Assembly: GCF_003918875.1 (NCBI RefSeq)
Contig: NW_025765603.1
Span: 992,001-1,056,000, forward strand
Direction: 5' to 3'
Source: Haliotis rubra
Lineage: Eukaryota
Length of the DNA: 64,000 nt
Below are positions 50,460 through 63,586 of the stretch, one piece after another; position 1 is the first letter of the stretch, and every line of letters starts with the position of its first letter. A program made the translations under genes and the position numbers. Under the pieces are notes generated by a model. The model did no database searches. It saw only the letters and a program-made list of their open reading frames with translations, and was not told the DNA's origin.

Positions 50460-51276
50460 GCACCACATGAACTACATGCTAGTTCTGAATGACCGTATAA
50501 TACTTAGACTCCATCCAGTAATGTTCCCTGGGTATTGTGTCGTCTTGTCCCGTAAGGTGGGCTGGCCTAGTGGTTAAAGCGTTCGCTCGTCACGCCGAAA
50601 ACCCGCGTTCGAAACCTCACATGGGTACAACGCGTGAAGCCCTTTCTGCTGTCCCCCGCCGTGATTTTGCTGGAATATTGCAAAAAGCGGCGTACTCAGT
50701 CAGTCACTCACTCACTCACTCTCCTCAAGGGTCTTTAATGTTCAAACCAACAATTCTGTTCTATGTCCCGACATCTGTATGTATATCCCCGGTCCATGGA
50801 TTAGTCCATTTAGTCTTATCCTTCAACGTGTTAGATAAGTAAACAGTTTAGATTCTCTTACAGTGAAGTAGCACACAGTAGATTAGTCACAAGATCAGTT
50901 CACAACTACGTCAAGCAATGTGGAAAGTATATGCAGGTCAGTTATTCCATATTTTCCGACAATCCGCCGATCAAATATTGTATGAGTAGATTAACCTCCC
51001 ATACGCGCTCACAGAATAGGTTACAACAGCCAATCGTTCTGTAGTTTGATGTGTTATCACTATGTATAAGAATTTGATTATGTAAAATGTTCCATTCCTC
51101 ATGTCGTTATATACGACACAGAACAGCTTAAACACGAATTGCTTTAACGTAGTCGTTCAAATATATTGTCCAAAAAAGAAACGCATGGGTGCATTTTAAC
51201 GAATTTAATCTCTTAACTTTAAAGGGAGATAACACATCCAATTCTTGATCAGTTGCAGCCAAATCTCACAGTATAA

Positions 51277-51435
51277 CTGACTGAGTTTGGTTTTACGCCG
51301 CTTTTAGCAATCAGCAATATCACGGCGGGGGACACCAGAAATGGGCTTCACTCATTGTACCCATGTGGGTATTCGAACCCGGGTCATCGGCGTGACGAGC
51401 CAACGCTTTAACCACTAGACTACCCCACCGCCCCC
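51277..51435 (-). mobile_element. family A SINE
   Basis: Full element; TSD CTCACAGTATAA. Confidence 0.88.
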
Positions 51436-51523
51436 TCACAGTATAAAAGATCGAATGCCTGTTAACATGTATAGCTGATATAAGATTCAATACGTGAAGG
51501 CGTCTGTTCCCAGTTTGGCGTTG

Positions 51524-51854
51524 TCCTCAGTGTCTGTTGTGGCCACCATGATCCACCACTACTGCTCTGCACCGTCTCGGCATGGACTGCTGGAATATGG
51601 CTAAAAGCGGCGTAAACTAAACTCACTCACTCACTAAATAAGTCTTTGAATTCGACTATGTAGAAATCTGGCCCATTCCTCTTGCATTCCTCAGTGTCTG
51701 TTGTGAGCACCATGATCCACAACTACTGCTCTGCACCGTCCCGGCGTGGACTGCTGGAATATGGCTAAAAGCGGCGTAAACTATACTCACTCACTCACTC
51801 ACTAAATAAGTCTTTGAATTCGACTATGTAGAAATCTGGCCCATTCCTCTTGCA
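51524..51854. repeat. approx. 165-bp tandem duplication of a SINE 3' part plus flank
   Basis: TCCTCAGTGTCTGTTGTG...GCTGGAATATGGCTAAAAGCGGCG...CCCATTCCTCTTGCA occurs twice in tandem. Confidence 0.85.
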
Positions 51855-51859
51855 ATGCA

Positions 51860-52470
51860 TGCGACAGTTGATCTAACGTCTGGGGCGCCGGTTGACGTTC
51901 ACGTACGCGTCGGTCGAGGTCATCTCACTAATGCTCGATGGGGTTGAGGTCGGGCGATGTGGAAGGCCATGGAATTACTGTGATGTTCTCATTCCGAATA
52001 CTGAATTTAAGATACTTAATAGTTCCATTTGCTGTGTGAGACCCTAACCCTTGATGGAACAACTCCCTGTGGCGGTCAATGATCGGAATCCTTAAGATTT
52101 CGCCTCCGTACCGAATTTATAACAGTTAAATTGCCCTGAATGCGCACAAAGTAAGATTTCTGCGTGTAGGAAATGGCTCCCCTCATCATGACCTTACCAC
52201 CACCATATCGGTCAACCTGGTTGAAGTAATTCTTGGCAAAACGTTCATTTCGACGTTGATAGACACGTACTCTTCCGCCACGGCTCTGTGGCAGAATGCG
52301 TGACTCGTCACTGAACCAGACACGTTGCCAGTTTTGTAGATTTATTGCACCTCTGGACCCGTCGATGTAGTCCTCACAGCACAGGGCATGGTTCGTTGTG
52401 TAAACGACTGACAGTGTTCTGGTGAACATTGAGGTCATCGTACAACGGCAGATTGAGACAGCAGACAAAT
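51860..52470 (-). mobile_element. degenerate Tc1 transposase
   Basis: WQRVWFSDESR...GRVRVYQRRNERF...GGGKVMMRGAISY and, further on, PWPSTSPDLNPIEH. Confidence 0.85.
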
Positions 52471-52496
52471 TCAGCCGTCAAACCCACTCAGATACC

Positions 52497-52660
52497 AGGG
52501 GCGGTGGGGTAGCCTAGAGGTTAAAGTGGTCGCTCGTCACGCCAAAGACCCGGGTTCGATTTCCCACATGGGTACAATGTGTGAAGCCCATTTCTGGTGT
52601 CCTCTGCCGTTATACTGCTGGAATATTGATAAAAGCGGTGTAAAACTAGACTCACTCACT
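52497..52660 (+). mobile_element. family A SINE
   Basis: Full element; TSD CACTCAGATACC. Confidence 0.85.
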
Positions 52661-53538
52661 CAGATACCGAGACGAATAGGTCCCTGACTCTGAGGGTGTG
52701 GGTTCGAATCCCGGATGTGACCCAACCTAACAAAAGTACTAGAATCTGTACTTTAATGAGAAAGTGTAATCCCAAATTATAACATGTCTTACATTTGACC
52801 ACTTTCTAAATGGCATTGCGTATTCATAGCTTTCAGCCGTGCGAGCCATGCCAATTTACACTTCTCAGAGGTACACAAAGCGAATGGTCTAGACTACTAC
52901 CACTCTATTTTGCACTGTCATAGTGATACCTGTGTATACAATTGTATTGCTTTGTGAACTTATTTAATTTTAAAGGACTGTTCATTACATTACATTTGTT
53001 TGTTGTTTGTTGGTTTCAAACCCGGTTCCTTTACGGACTGTATTGTGATTCCTTTGCAGGAAGTTTTATTTATTTTTATACAATTAATTTTATAATACAA
53101 TCGTTAGTTGTAAAACATTTTGTGGTTAGTTGGTTTGACACCGACTTCTTTTAGGGAGATTTCTGGTTAATCTATTGTATTAACTTACACATTAACACGT
53201 TCAACCGTCCTTGTCATCTCTTCTGAACCTCAGATGCTGTCGACACACAGAGCGGCGTGCCTGACGTTGACGTGGAAGCAAACCGCGCTGCACAATTTCG
53301 TTTTGTAACACAGTGGGACGAAGGGCCAGTTTCAATATTGATTCCTGACGGCATTGACAGATTCTGGACAACTGAGGCTATTGAGGGGTATCAGGCAGAG
53401 GGCTGACAGTGTGGAATCTGTGCTGCAGGAGAACTTCAAAAACTGATCATCTGTTGCAGCCATCGTGATTGGTTATCATTGGATGCCTGTCTGCGTTAAC
53501 GGTGTGGTTGGAACTCGTTACACACAGCATCACCAACA

Positions 53539-55086
53539 ATGACAAAATTGTGAGTACCTTCTTATAATGTTGATACCTAACAGACGAATATCATGCCTTC
53601 TCTGTGTGCATGCGCACGTGCGTGCGTGTGCATGTGTGACAAATTTCATATGTCATCCTTTTGTCAACTTGTCTAGCATCAATAGTCATGGACTTTGAAC
53701 TTTTTGAAGTTTCTTGGTTGTCGTGCAAAGAGGTAAAGTACATTTGAATTGAATTAACTTTATACATTTGTCACTTACTTGGGGAAACCCAAAAATACCC
53801 CCCTTCCCGCCAACTCAGTTTTGCGAAAGAGGTTAACTTAAAAAAGAAGAAGCATATCTGACAAGCCTATCACTGCTGCTCATATATCTCCGTGTCTTTT
53901 CAGCACCTTCCGGTTGATAATTACAATATCAGCGGTAGTAGTCGGACTTCCGGTAGTGTTGTATCACTATGGAACGGTTAATGTCATCGGGATGCAAGGG
54001 AGAACCAAATTACGTCACCAATTTCAGAAACAGAACAAGTGGAATCTTACAAACGACGTGATAAAAAACAAAACAGAAGAAACCTTTAATTCTCCCAAGA
54101 CGATTCTCTGGTACTTTCCACCGAGGTATATACCCAAAAATATTACAAGCAAAGTTCCCTTACCTGCATGCCCAGAGTCGAACTGTTTCGTGACGCGAAA
54201 TAGAACATTTCTTCCAGAAAGTGATGCTGTCATATTTAACTCACAGTATATCGAAGGTGCCCTTCCCCCTCGGAAACCAGGTCAGGTGTGGATCTTCCAC
54301 AACAGCGACGTCCCATACGTGAGGGCCTACAGCACACCGTATTATAGAAAACCATGGTCTTCTTCTTTCAACTGGACTATGACTTTTAGACACGACTCGG
54401 ACATATTTCGACCCTATGGAGTACTCAGAAGAAGACAAAACATCCCTGTCAAGAACTATACCAGCATTGTTGAGAAGAAGACTGGTCTTGTAGCATGGAT
54501 GGTGAGTAATTGTGAAGACTGGAGCAAGAGACGTTCATACGTCAAGGAGCTGCAGAAGCACATCCAGGTTGATATTTATGGATTTTGTGGAAAGAGGGTT
54601 TTTAAGAGAGACAGAAATAAAGACTGGATGGCACATCTGAATGAAACGTACAAGTTTTATTTGGCATTTGAAAACAATTTCTGTCTTGATTATATCAGTG
54701 AGAAGTTCTTCAGTTACTTTAACCTTGACCTTGTGACGGTTGTTCGAGGAGGGGGAGACTACTCTCGTGATGCTCCGCCTAAAACTTACCTGAATGTGGA
54801 TAATTTCAAGTCCCCCAAAGAACTGGCTGATTACTTGTGGTTCTTGAACAACAACACTGACAGATATATCGATATCCTTAAGCGCAAGGAACAGTATTAT
54901 TATCAAAATGAGGAGTATCTTTTCTTTTTAGCAGGCTCGTGGTACCTGGAAAGTTATTACGAGCAGGAACCATTGTGTGAGTTGTGCAGGAGACTGAGAG
55001 ATATCACACACCACAGGAAAACCATTCCTGATATTTTGCCATGGTGGAAAAGGGGGCTTTGTCGAAATCCTGCTACATATATGTAA
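53539..55086 (+). CDS. alpha-1,3-fucosyltransferase (GT10), type II membrane protein, 397 aa, 2 coding exons
   Basis: Exon 53539-53549 (ATG ACA AAA TT/gtgagt) plus exon 53904-55086 (ttttcag acceptor) gives MTKFTFRLIITISAVVVGLPVVLY (TM). Motifs SDAVIF, FNWTMTFRHDSD, AWMVSNC, VDIYG and YKFYLAFENNFCLDYISEK. Confidence 0.93.
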
Positions 55087-55499
55087 TATCTGGATAATCA
55101 GAATACGGACTTGTTATTGTTAGTTTAACAGCTTATAGATTCACAATTATAATCATTGGTCTATTATGTATACACATGGAAAGAAATATCGCAACACTTA
55201 CGATGTTAACCCCCATATATCATTTATGTTTCTTTGTATGAGTATGCTGACCCACCATTGATTTTAAATATGCACATGCTACGATCAAAGGCGAGCATGA
55301 ATATGTGCACCTGTCATTAAGCAAATATAAAGTTTCAGTAAACTGTTCTTACAACTCGATAACTTGAATTCGTTGTTAATGGGCAAATGTGGAGTCTTCT
55401 CAACTGCTGATGGCAAGTTATGTGTATGCGTAATGCCAACCACAGATGACAAGTTATTTGTATGCGGAAAGCATTGAAGGTCATTGTTAGAGATGTAGG

Positions 55500-56040
55500 C
55501 TATCATCCATCGACAAAACAGCAAACTAGGACCGTCAGCGTTTAAGTCGACCACATGTGACAGCTGCTAGGGAGGATACAGCCATTTTTAGACTTCATCC
55601 GTTCATATCATGTGGTGTGTTAAAAACAGAGTGGCATCCACATTGTCGATTGTCCAACAGAATGGTTCGAAATCGCCTAAACTCGGTCATGGAGCCAGGC
55701 GAGCTATCAGAGGTCCGTTGTTATCCCCAGAACACAAAGCAGCACCACTAGCATTTTGTCAAGGTTGACGTCACTGGGAGGGTCCACTGGTCGGACGAGA
55801 GTCAATTTCTGTTCACAATAAATGGCCGAGCTCGGGTTTAGTAACAGAAACACTATATATATGGACAACAGAATATCTTGGCCAGGTGTCATTGATGGTG
55901 TGGGTGCCTCTCACATGACTGTAAATTTGATCTTGTGACTACCAGACAAAATCTGAATGGACAACGACACTTCACTGACATCCTAGACACGGTTGTTGTA
56001 CCATATCTGGATGATGCTTGGAGCCACATTCCCAAAACTG
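55500..56040 (+). mobile_element. degenerate Tc1-like transposase fragment
   Basis: Peptide remnants LSNRMVRNRL and LVTTRQNLNGQRHFTDILDTVVVPYL resemble the Tc1 HTH and DDE regions. Confidence 0.6.
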
Positions 56041-56779
56041 TGTCCAGTCGCCGGGTCTCTGTCGCCTCACATGTATCAACGCAATCGGTGGTCACATCCG
56101 AAATTGGTTTGGTTAACCGAGTGTTTTCACCATCCAACGTTTAAGGCTTTTCGTTCTGTATTATGCCACTAAATATGAAATATTGATCCGACAAATGACC
56201 AAATATTATTAACATTTACACTACTATATTTGATGCATTTTACCTCTGCCTTGTTCCATATTTATGTAGGCCGACAAGCCATGTCTTGGGTCACTGAGAG
56301 AAGTCACACACTGTCTCCCTTCGTCCTGTCACGTATTTCCTTTTAGCAACACATTCTCGGGACATCAAGCATGCCCACCGAGCAATTCATCTCACTAACA
56401 TCAAACACGAACTTCTAAATATACATTGAAAGATAAAGTGATACATTTCTTTCCATATTGATACCTCTGTTAAACTGAGTCGATTGAAGGCTCCGATTAC
56501 ACCATGAGCATGTACATGGGAAGCATTGTCAAATAGCGCTGGCATCAGATGTTCGCGAATCCTGCCCAACCAGTGACACACTTGCACAGTTAAGTCAGGT
56601 GTTCTTCCGAAAAGAACATGAGAATATATCATATAATAATATCGTGCATGTAAAAAGGGACCAGCATTGAACATTTTTTAGTTATGGATGCATCAAATGG
56701 AAATGTCCTCAGCCTGGCCGAAATTAATCTCTTTAAAAACTTTACTAATGGCTTTCAAATGTTAACACCCTGATCCGTT

Positions 56780-57011
56780 GGTTGGTTGTTGTTTAACGCC
56801 ACACTCAGCAGTATTCCAGCTATAGGGCCTGTAAATAATCGAGTCTGGACCAGACAATCCAGTGATCAACAGTATGAGCATCGATCTACGCAATTGGGAT
56901 ACGATGACATGTGTCAACCAAGTCAGCGAGCCTGACCATCCGATCCGTTAGTCGCCTCTTACGGCAAGCACGGGTTACTGAAGACCAATTCTAACCTGGA
57001 TCTTCACGGGT
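56780..57011 (-). mobile_element. family B SINE-like element
   Basis: Reverse complement of the family B consensus. Confidence 0.85.
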
Positions 57012-57182
57012 GAGTGAGTGAGTGGGTGGGGTTAACACTCTGAATCTCTATTTCACGTTTATGCTCCCGTCTGAGCATAAAAATGACGATGTCATTTTAC
57101 ATTTGCTTTACATTGTCTTTTTGAAAACTTCACTCGTGCCTTCCATGTTATAACTCTGATAAAAGACACGTCTTGTTCTGGT

Positions 57183-60100
57183 TCAAGTTTGAGAATTAAA
57201 ATCCTGAAGTAACTTTACAGTAGCAGAACAGTCACTTGCTTTGATTGCATATTGCAGGGGAGTAGAACCCTCCTTGTCTTCTACTCTCGGATCAGCGCCG
57301 TTCTGTAGGAGGATTTCCACCGTACGTTTACACCTTTTGTGCCTTGCTGCATAATGTAATGGCGTCAAGCCATCATTGTCTTGTAAATTAACGTCAGCTT
57401 CCCTCTCAATGAGTACCTCAACATACGCTTCATAGCCATACTGCTCAGCTGCATAGTGTAACGGAGTACAACCACCTGCATCACGTACTAGAGGGTCAGC
57501 GCCTCTATCTAAGAGCAGCTCCATTGGCCCTGTACCACAATACTGTTTTGCAGCGTAATGTAAGGGGGTACGCCCATGCATATCTCGTGTAGACAGACCA
57601 GCATCCTTCTGCAGCAGCACCTCCATACTTTCTTCACATCCCTTCTGTGTTGCATAATGCAAAGGAATATGACCTTCTTTGTCTTGAGTACAAGGATCCG
57701 CACCTTGGTCTAGAAACAATTCAACAGTGTCCTCACAGTCGCTTTCGTCAGCTGCACAGTGTAATGGGGTGCATCCTTGGTTGTTCCGTGCATTTAAATC
57801 GGCTCCTTTTTCCAGGAGCAGCCTGGTGGTATCTCCTCCATCACTCTCTCTTGCTGCAACATGTAAGGGTGTACAGCCATCTTTATCTCGGGCATCCAGA
57901 TCAGCACCCTTTTCCAGAAGGATTTCAATGTTTTCTTCAACACCATCGTCCAATACTGCATAGTGTAGGGGAGTGCAGTTGTTGCAGTCTCTTGCATTTG
58001 GATCAGCACCTTTCTCGATCAGTAAATACAAATCTTGCCCCCTACCAGTTTGTTTGGCTAAATAGTGCAATGGAAAACACTCATTTTTATCTTGAAGGAA
58101 TTGATCAGTACCCTTTTCTAACAGAAAATTCACAATGTATGAATCAATTACTTTATATGAAAATACTTCTGAGTGAGTTTGGGTCTTTCCGCATGCAATA
58201 TGCAGGAGTGATGTTCCCTCGTTGTCTTGAGTATTGGTGTCCAATCCCATATCTACAAACAGTTCCACAACCTCCTCATCTCCAGACTCTACAGCATAGA
58301 ACAAGACTGTCCTACCTAGACTATCCTCTACATGCACGGATATGTTATGGGTGTCCTTAAAGTAAATGATTTTCTCCAGAGGGTCCATTCTTGAACTTGC
58401 AGCAAAATGAATCACATTTCTTCCACCGCTGTCTATTGCTTCGACACTGGCACCTTTAGAAACAAGATATCTGATTGTGTCCAGATCACATTTGTCTATG
58501 GCGTTGTGCAACGGTGTTCTTCCTTCTGTGTCAGTCTGGTTTAGATTTGCACTTTTCTCACACAGATATCTCATAGTGTCCACATCTCCATACCTTGCGG
58601 CCTTATGGAGACAGGTCTCGCCATTTCTGTCCTTTTCGTTGACATCACTCCCTGCCTTGGTAAGGATTTGAACTGATTCCAAATAGGATTGTTGCAGGTC
58701 TTCTTTAAAGAAGAGATCCCCAAGTGCTTCATTGTAAAGATGCGTAAAAGCTGTGAAGCCCCATTTGTCCTTATCAGACACACATGCTCCTTTTTCTAGC
58801 AGTGTTTCCAAGGTTTCAAGATGCATTGCCTCAGCAGCTCGGTGAAGCAGTGTGCTCCCCAGATAATCCCTTTGTCTTACATCAGATTCTGACTTTATAA
58901 GGTGTTTTAGGCAATTAAAATTCTCATGCTTGAAAGCTTCGTCAAATGCATTTTCTCCTTCAAAATAGTCTGAATGAGATTGTGATCGATTCAGGAACTC
59001 TGCCGGAGATATGTCCTTCTCCTTGAAATATTTCAGGAGTTTCTGCACGTTGTCTTCGCCACCATACGCTGCTGCTTCCTGTAAGGCTGTAGTTTTCCTC
59101 TCATACTTGTAATCCCTGTAAGTCTTCAAAGGATTAACATCCGGCTGTGCAAGGAAGAATCTAAGAATTGCATCATCTGGGTGGCCTGCTGACAACCACA
59201 CCAGATAACTTGTGTCACTGTGGCATCCTGTTGAAAACAATGATTGCACAACACCGAGATAACGAGAGGCGTCTTTGCCATGTCTCAAAGCAGGACTTCT
59301 TTCGGCAGGAGGTGTTCTGCCTAGATCCATCAGAAGTGTTTCCAAACACTTCTTGAACATCTTGGAGCTTTTATTTTCTTGCAGCTTGGCGACAAGCATA
59401 TCTACTGCAGGAGAATGACCAGACATCACAGCAAGGCCGAACAGATCCCCGAGATCACTTATGCTTTCCAGCTTGTTCCACACATAAGAACGGATTGCGT
59501 CAGTTATGTTTTCTTCCATACATTCAGATTGACAGTACGCCCTTAAACAGCTCTCATCAGCAACTGTTCCCATCCTAAGCAGATCCAAAGCAGCACTTGT
59601 GTCGTCTGTGTATATAGCACATGCCAAGCAGTTAGGAAGGTCGAGTGGAACATTTGTGATTCGTGTTTTGACATAGTTGAAGACATTAGCAATCTTTTTC
59701 AGAACGACAGCAGAGAAGAGTGTACAGTATGAAAACAACTGCACTGTACCTTCTATCATAAATGGGTGTGGAGAGGTTACAGTTGTGGAGTTGTGTTCCT
59801 GTTTCAGAAGACTTGTCATCTTATCACCAGTCCATGTTTCTAACAGCTGGTGCACGAATTCCTCGTGGTGGAAAGAGGGGTGGCACAGAATATCAACATA
59901 GTCTTCAGACATAAGAAGCTCTGTAATTCGACCAGCAAATGCAGGAAAATACTGGTCTGACAGACACAACATACTGTCAGATGTGTCTGTGTCTGTTAAG
60001 CTAGTTCTAACTAACTCTACCAACATGTTCGTTGGACAAATGTCAATGCATATATCAGGATACCTCTTTGAAATGCTGACGAAAACGGCGTCAAACACAG

Positions 60101-61039
60101 ACTGGTGCTGAAACTGATATCCATCGTCCGAGCAATGAAGGTACATGCCACACAGAGAGTCTGACTTCTTAGCTATGTCACAGAGTGTAAGACTGTCTGA
60201 GATATTGTTACAACATTCCCGGAGGTTGGCTATCAGTGGTTTTATTTGACATTTTAGAGGGTCAAGCTGTTCATTGCCTAAGTTCCCGCCAGTCATTAAC
60301 ACAAGCAGGAGGACCAGGTAGCCAGCACCGTCACATTCCTGTAGGATATCTACATCCTCCAGAATAAATTCATGAGGCTTTTCAAAAAAAGCAACCCCTT
60401 TCTTCTGTGCACCCTTACTATTTGCAAAATAGGTACAGCACTGGGGAAATCCAAGAGATATATCTATATCCACAATGTCATCCATATCCTTTTCATCTAT
60501 TTTGCATATTGTTTTCAACATTTTCCTTTTCTCATTTGCTGTTAAGGAATGTTTGATTCCATCCAGGTTTAAAACATGTGCTTTCTTGATGAGTTCACAC
60601 TTTTTCAACTGATGCTTACACAATGCAGATATTTCTGATCTTGATATAAATATGAACATTATGTGCCCGGTTAAAGCATGTGGCCACATCACATCAAAAT
60701 ATCTCTCACATGCTTCTACCTGTTGTGGATCAAGATTATTCGAGCCAAATATATCATCAAACAGCACAATATATCCCCCATTCAAATTGCTGTCATCATT
60801 GGATGAATTCCGGGGAATTAAATCCCACTGTTTCCATGACGACAATTTTACTGGTGTCCTTCCGGTTAACTTAGACATGTTGGACATAAGATGCAGCCCC
60901 AGCGTAGATTTTCCAGATCCAGACATTCCTTCTATGACGAGCACCTTGCATTGCTTGAGACTACGCATGGCGGACCTCCCGGCTCTGGTTGAGATGTACG
61001 GCTTTAAGGTGACGTTTGTGAGCAATAACCACGTTGAAC
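57183..61039 (-). CDS. STAND-ankyrin P3, large terminal exon: nSTAND3-type NTPase plus about 18 ankyrin repeats
   Basis: Phase-1 acceptor ttttag/GTTCAACGTGG. Walker A EGMSGSGKS, Walker B IVLFDDIFG, ISR, LGFP, FQHQSVFD, ankyrin TPLH repeats; intact to TGA at 57183. Confidence 0.92.
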
Positions 61040-61632
61040 CTAAAACATCGAATTGAGTGTTACTTTAAAACAAATATATAATTTGATATACCCTACCATC
61101 ATAATCCAAAATGTATTTAAAGGCTTGTTGTTGTCTGATTTGATTTGGTTTGGTTTGGTTTTGATATAGTTTGTTTATCTGGTTTTTTCGTCTTGTTTTG
61201 TTTGTCTTTTGGTTTGTTTTTGGTTTTTGGAGGGGATCGGAGGGGGTGGGGTATTATTTCTGTATTGGGTCGGGGTGTCTCAGGATCCGCCACTGTGTTA
61301 CCCGATTGTTTGTGTGCTCGGTGGCACATATGGACTTTCTTTTACCTTCCTCAGTTGTCATCGCCGTGTTATGTTTTAAGATATTGAGATTGTCATCGAA
61401 GAGGGACACTATGGCTGAATCCAATTTCCATGTTGTAATTGTCGCCCTATGTGAAACTCAGACATTCATCTGCCACATTAGGAACATTGCTGACACCAAC
61501 ATTCAGATACATACATGGCCTACATCCGTGCTCGTGGATTTCAACAACGTGGGCAACATCGGAGACCTGCATCACTTAGTGCTTTCCTCCATCATTAAGG
61601 TTAAACAGCGTGATGCAACTGACTACTGTTCA

Positions 61633-61885
61633 GTGAGTGAGTGAGTGAGTGAGTTTAGTTTTACGCCACACTCAGAAATATTCCAGCTATATGGCGGTGG
61701 TCTGTAAATATTCGAATCTGGACCAGACAATCCAGTGATCAACAGCATGAGCATCGATCTACACAATTGGGAACCGATGACATGTGTCAACCCAGTCAGC
61801 GTGCCTGACCACCCGATCCCGTTAGTCGCCTCTTACGACAAGCATGGGTTACTGAAGATTGATTCTAATCCGGATCTTGAGGGTC
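61633..61885 (-). mobile_element. family B SINE-like element
   Basis: Reverse complement of the family B consensus; TSD GACTACTGTTCA. Confidence 0.85.
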
Positions 61886-62292
61886 GACTACTGTTCAAAG
61901 CGGCGTTAAACCCAGCTCACTCACTCATACACTCTTGAGGGGCGGTGGGGTAGCCTAGTGGTTAAAGCGTCCGCTCGTCACACTCGTCACACTGTACATA
62001 ATGTGTGAAGCCCATTACTGGTGTCCCCATCGTGATATTGCTGGAACATTGCTAAAAGCAGCGTAAAACCATACTCACTCACTCACTCACTCACTCTTGA
62101 AGACTCAAACCCTTATTCGTTTCTCAAGAACATTTCCCTGTTAAAACAACCATAGCTGTCTTCTTTGAAACAATGAATATTTAAATGAATTCTGTTCTGT
62201 CCTCTCGGATCTGGTGACACTGGTTTCAAAATATGTACATCGCTCAGTATGCGGAGTCACAGGTTTGATCGTAATAGCCCAGAAATACTCAC

Positions 62293-62337
62293 CAACGATG
62301 TTTTCAAAGTGAGATGGGTGGGCCTCTGTAGTTCCAT
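62293..62337 (-). CDS. STAND-ankyrin P3, 45-nt phase 1-1 micro-exon
   Basis: tgtgtctacag acceptor, gtgagt donor; (D)GTTEAHPSHFENIV(G). Confidence 0.82.
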
Positions 62338-62365
62338 CTGTAGACACAAACAGGTTCAACATTTA

Positions 62366-62561
62366 CAGGGCTAACCTCTCATTACGCTCTTACAAGCGAG
62401 ATATGTTATTATAAAAGCACATAGTTATGTCTTCATACATATTTTTATCCGCGTAATCTCAAGAGAGGGAATTTATGGATAGAAATATATTTAAAAAACT
62501 AGCTACGTGCTTAAATAATAACGTCTCTCGTTTATGGGTGCGTAATGAGATGTCAACCCTG
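62366..62561. mobile_element. TA-flanked MITE (partial second copy from approx. 62755)
   Basis: TA-CAGGGCTAACCTCTCATTACGC / GCGTAATGAGATGTCAACCCTG-TA. Confidence 0.75.
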
Positions 62562-62948
62562 TAAATCTTTATCACAAAGGAAAGAAATTAAGAGTGTCAA
62601 CTTTTTTACTTTACGATGAAGACGTAAGTCTATGCTACGAAGCGAAACCAACCATCATCCCACCCAATCATCCAATCATTAAGAGCATATTTTCACTGGA
62701 ACCCAAAGTTTCATGCGTTTTCAAAAACACGTGGAATGAAATAATCTGCCTTTACAGGGCTAACATCTCATTATGCACTCACAAGCGAGAGAATTATTCT
62801 GGAATCGCGTCTTAGCTATGTTATTTCTATCAGTTTAATCACAAGGGAGAGAACTTCTAAACAGTCAAGAGTTACAGGGTGATCCGGTCTCTGTATGAAG
62901 ATGTTGCTACCGCCTACACAACTAACCCCATACATGTCTTTTAAACTC

Positions 62949-63112
62949 GGGGCTGTGGGGTAGCTTAGTGGTTAAAGCGTCACGCTGAAGACCCGGGTTC
63001 GAATCCCAACATGGGTACAATGTGTGAGCCCATTTCAGGTGTCCCCCGCCGTGATGTTCCTGGAATATTGCTAAAAGCAGCCCAAAAATAAACTCACTCA
63101 GTCAGTCAGTCG
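62949..63112 (+). mobile_element. family A SINE
   Basis: Element with TSD GTCTTTTAAACTCG. Confidence 0.85.
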
Positions 63113-63340
63113 GTCTTTTAAACTCGATTCTCAGCAATTTTGGCATGGTCATTGCTACCTGTTAACGGCAAAACATTTTCTCAGTTTATTCAAATGTGAT
63201 GTGTGATAGGAGAACAGGCGTTAATACCCTTACATTCACCAGAACCCTGAAACCTGTGTTATGTTTCAGATTTGGCACAGTGTTTCGACAACCTAAAACC
63301 GTCACAGCTTGATTATTTACATGTCGACGTAATATAGTGT

Positions 63341-63493
63341 GTGAGTGAGTTTAGTTTTACGCCACGTTTAGCAATATTCCAGCAATATCACGGCGGGTGA
63401 CACCAGAAATGGGCTTCACACATTGTACCCATGTCGGGAATCGAACCCGGGTCTTCGGTGTGACGAGCGAAAGCTTTATCCACTAAGCTACCT
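63341..63493 (-). mobile_element. family A SINE
   Basis: Reverse complement of the family A consensus. Confidence 0.82.
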
Positions 63494-63586
63494 GCTGACG
63501 TTATAATATGTAGTATATTTCTGATTACGAAAAAAACAAACAAATAGTAAAACTGACATAATAAAACCACGGAAATAGATACATAC

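Noticed and set aside
57647-58360. 237-aa plus-strand ORF and other antisense ORFs overlapping the STAND exons
   Set aside because: Antisense shadows of ankyrin-coding sequence with no recognisable motifs.
61505-61567. Additional AG...GT candidate exon in the P3 intron
   Set aside because: Contains a stop in the required phase-1 frame and has no counterpart in P1 or P2.
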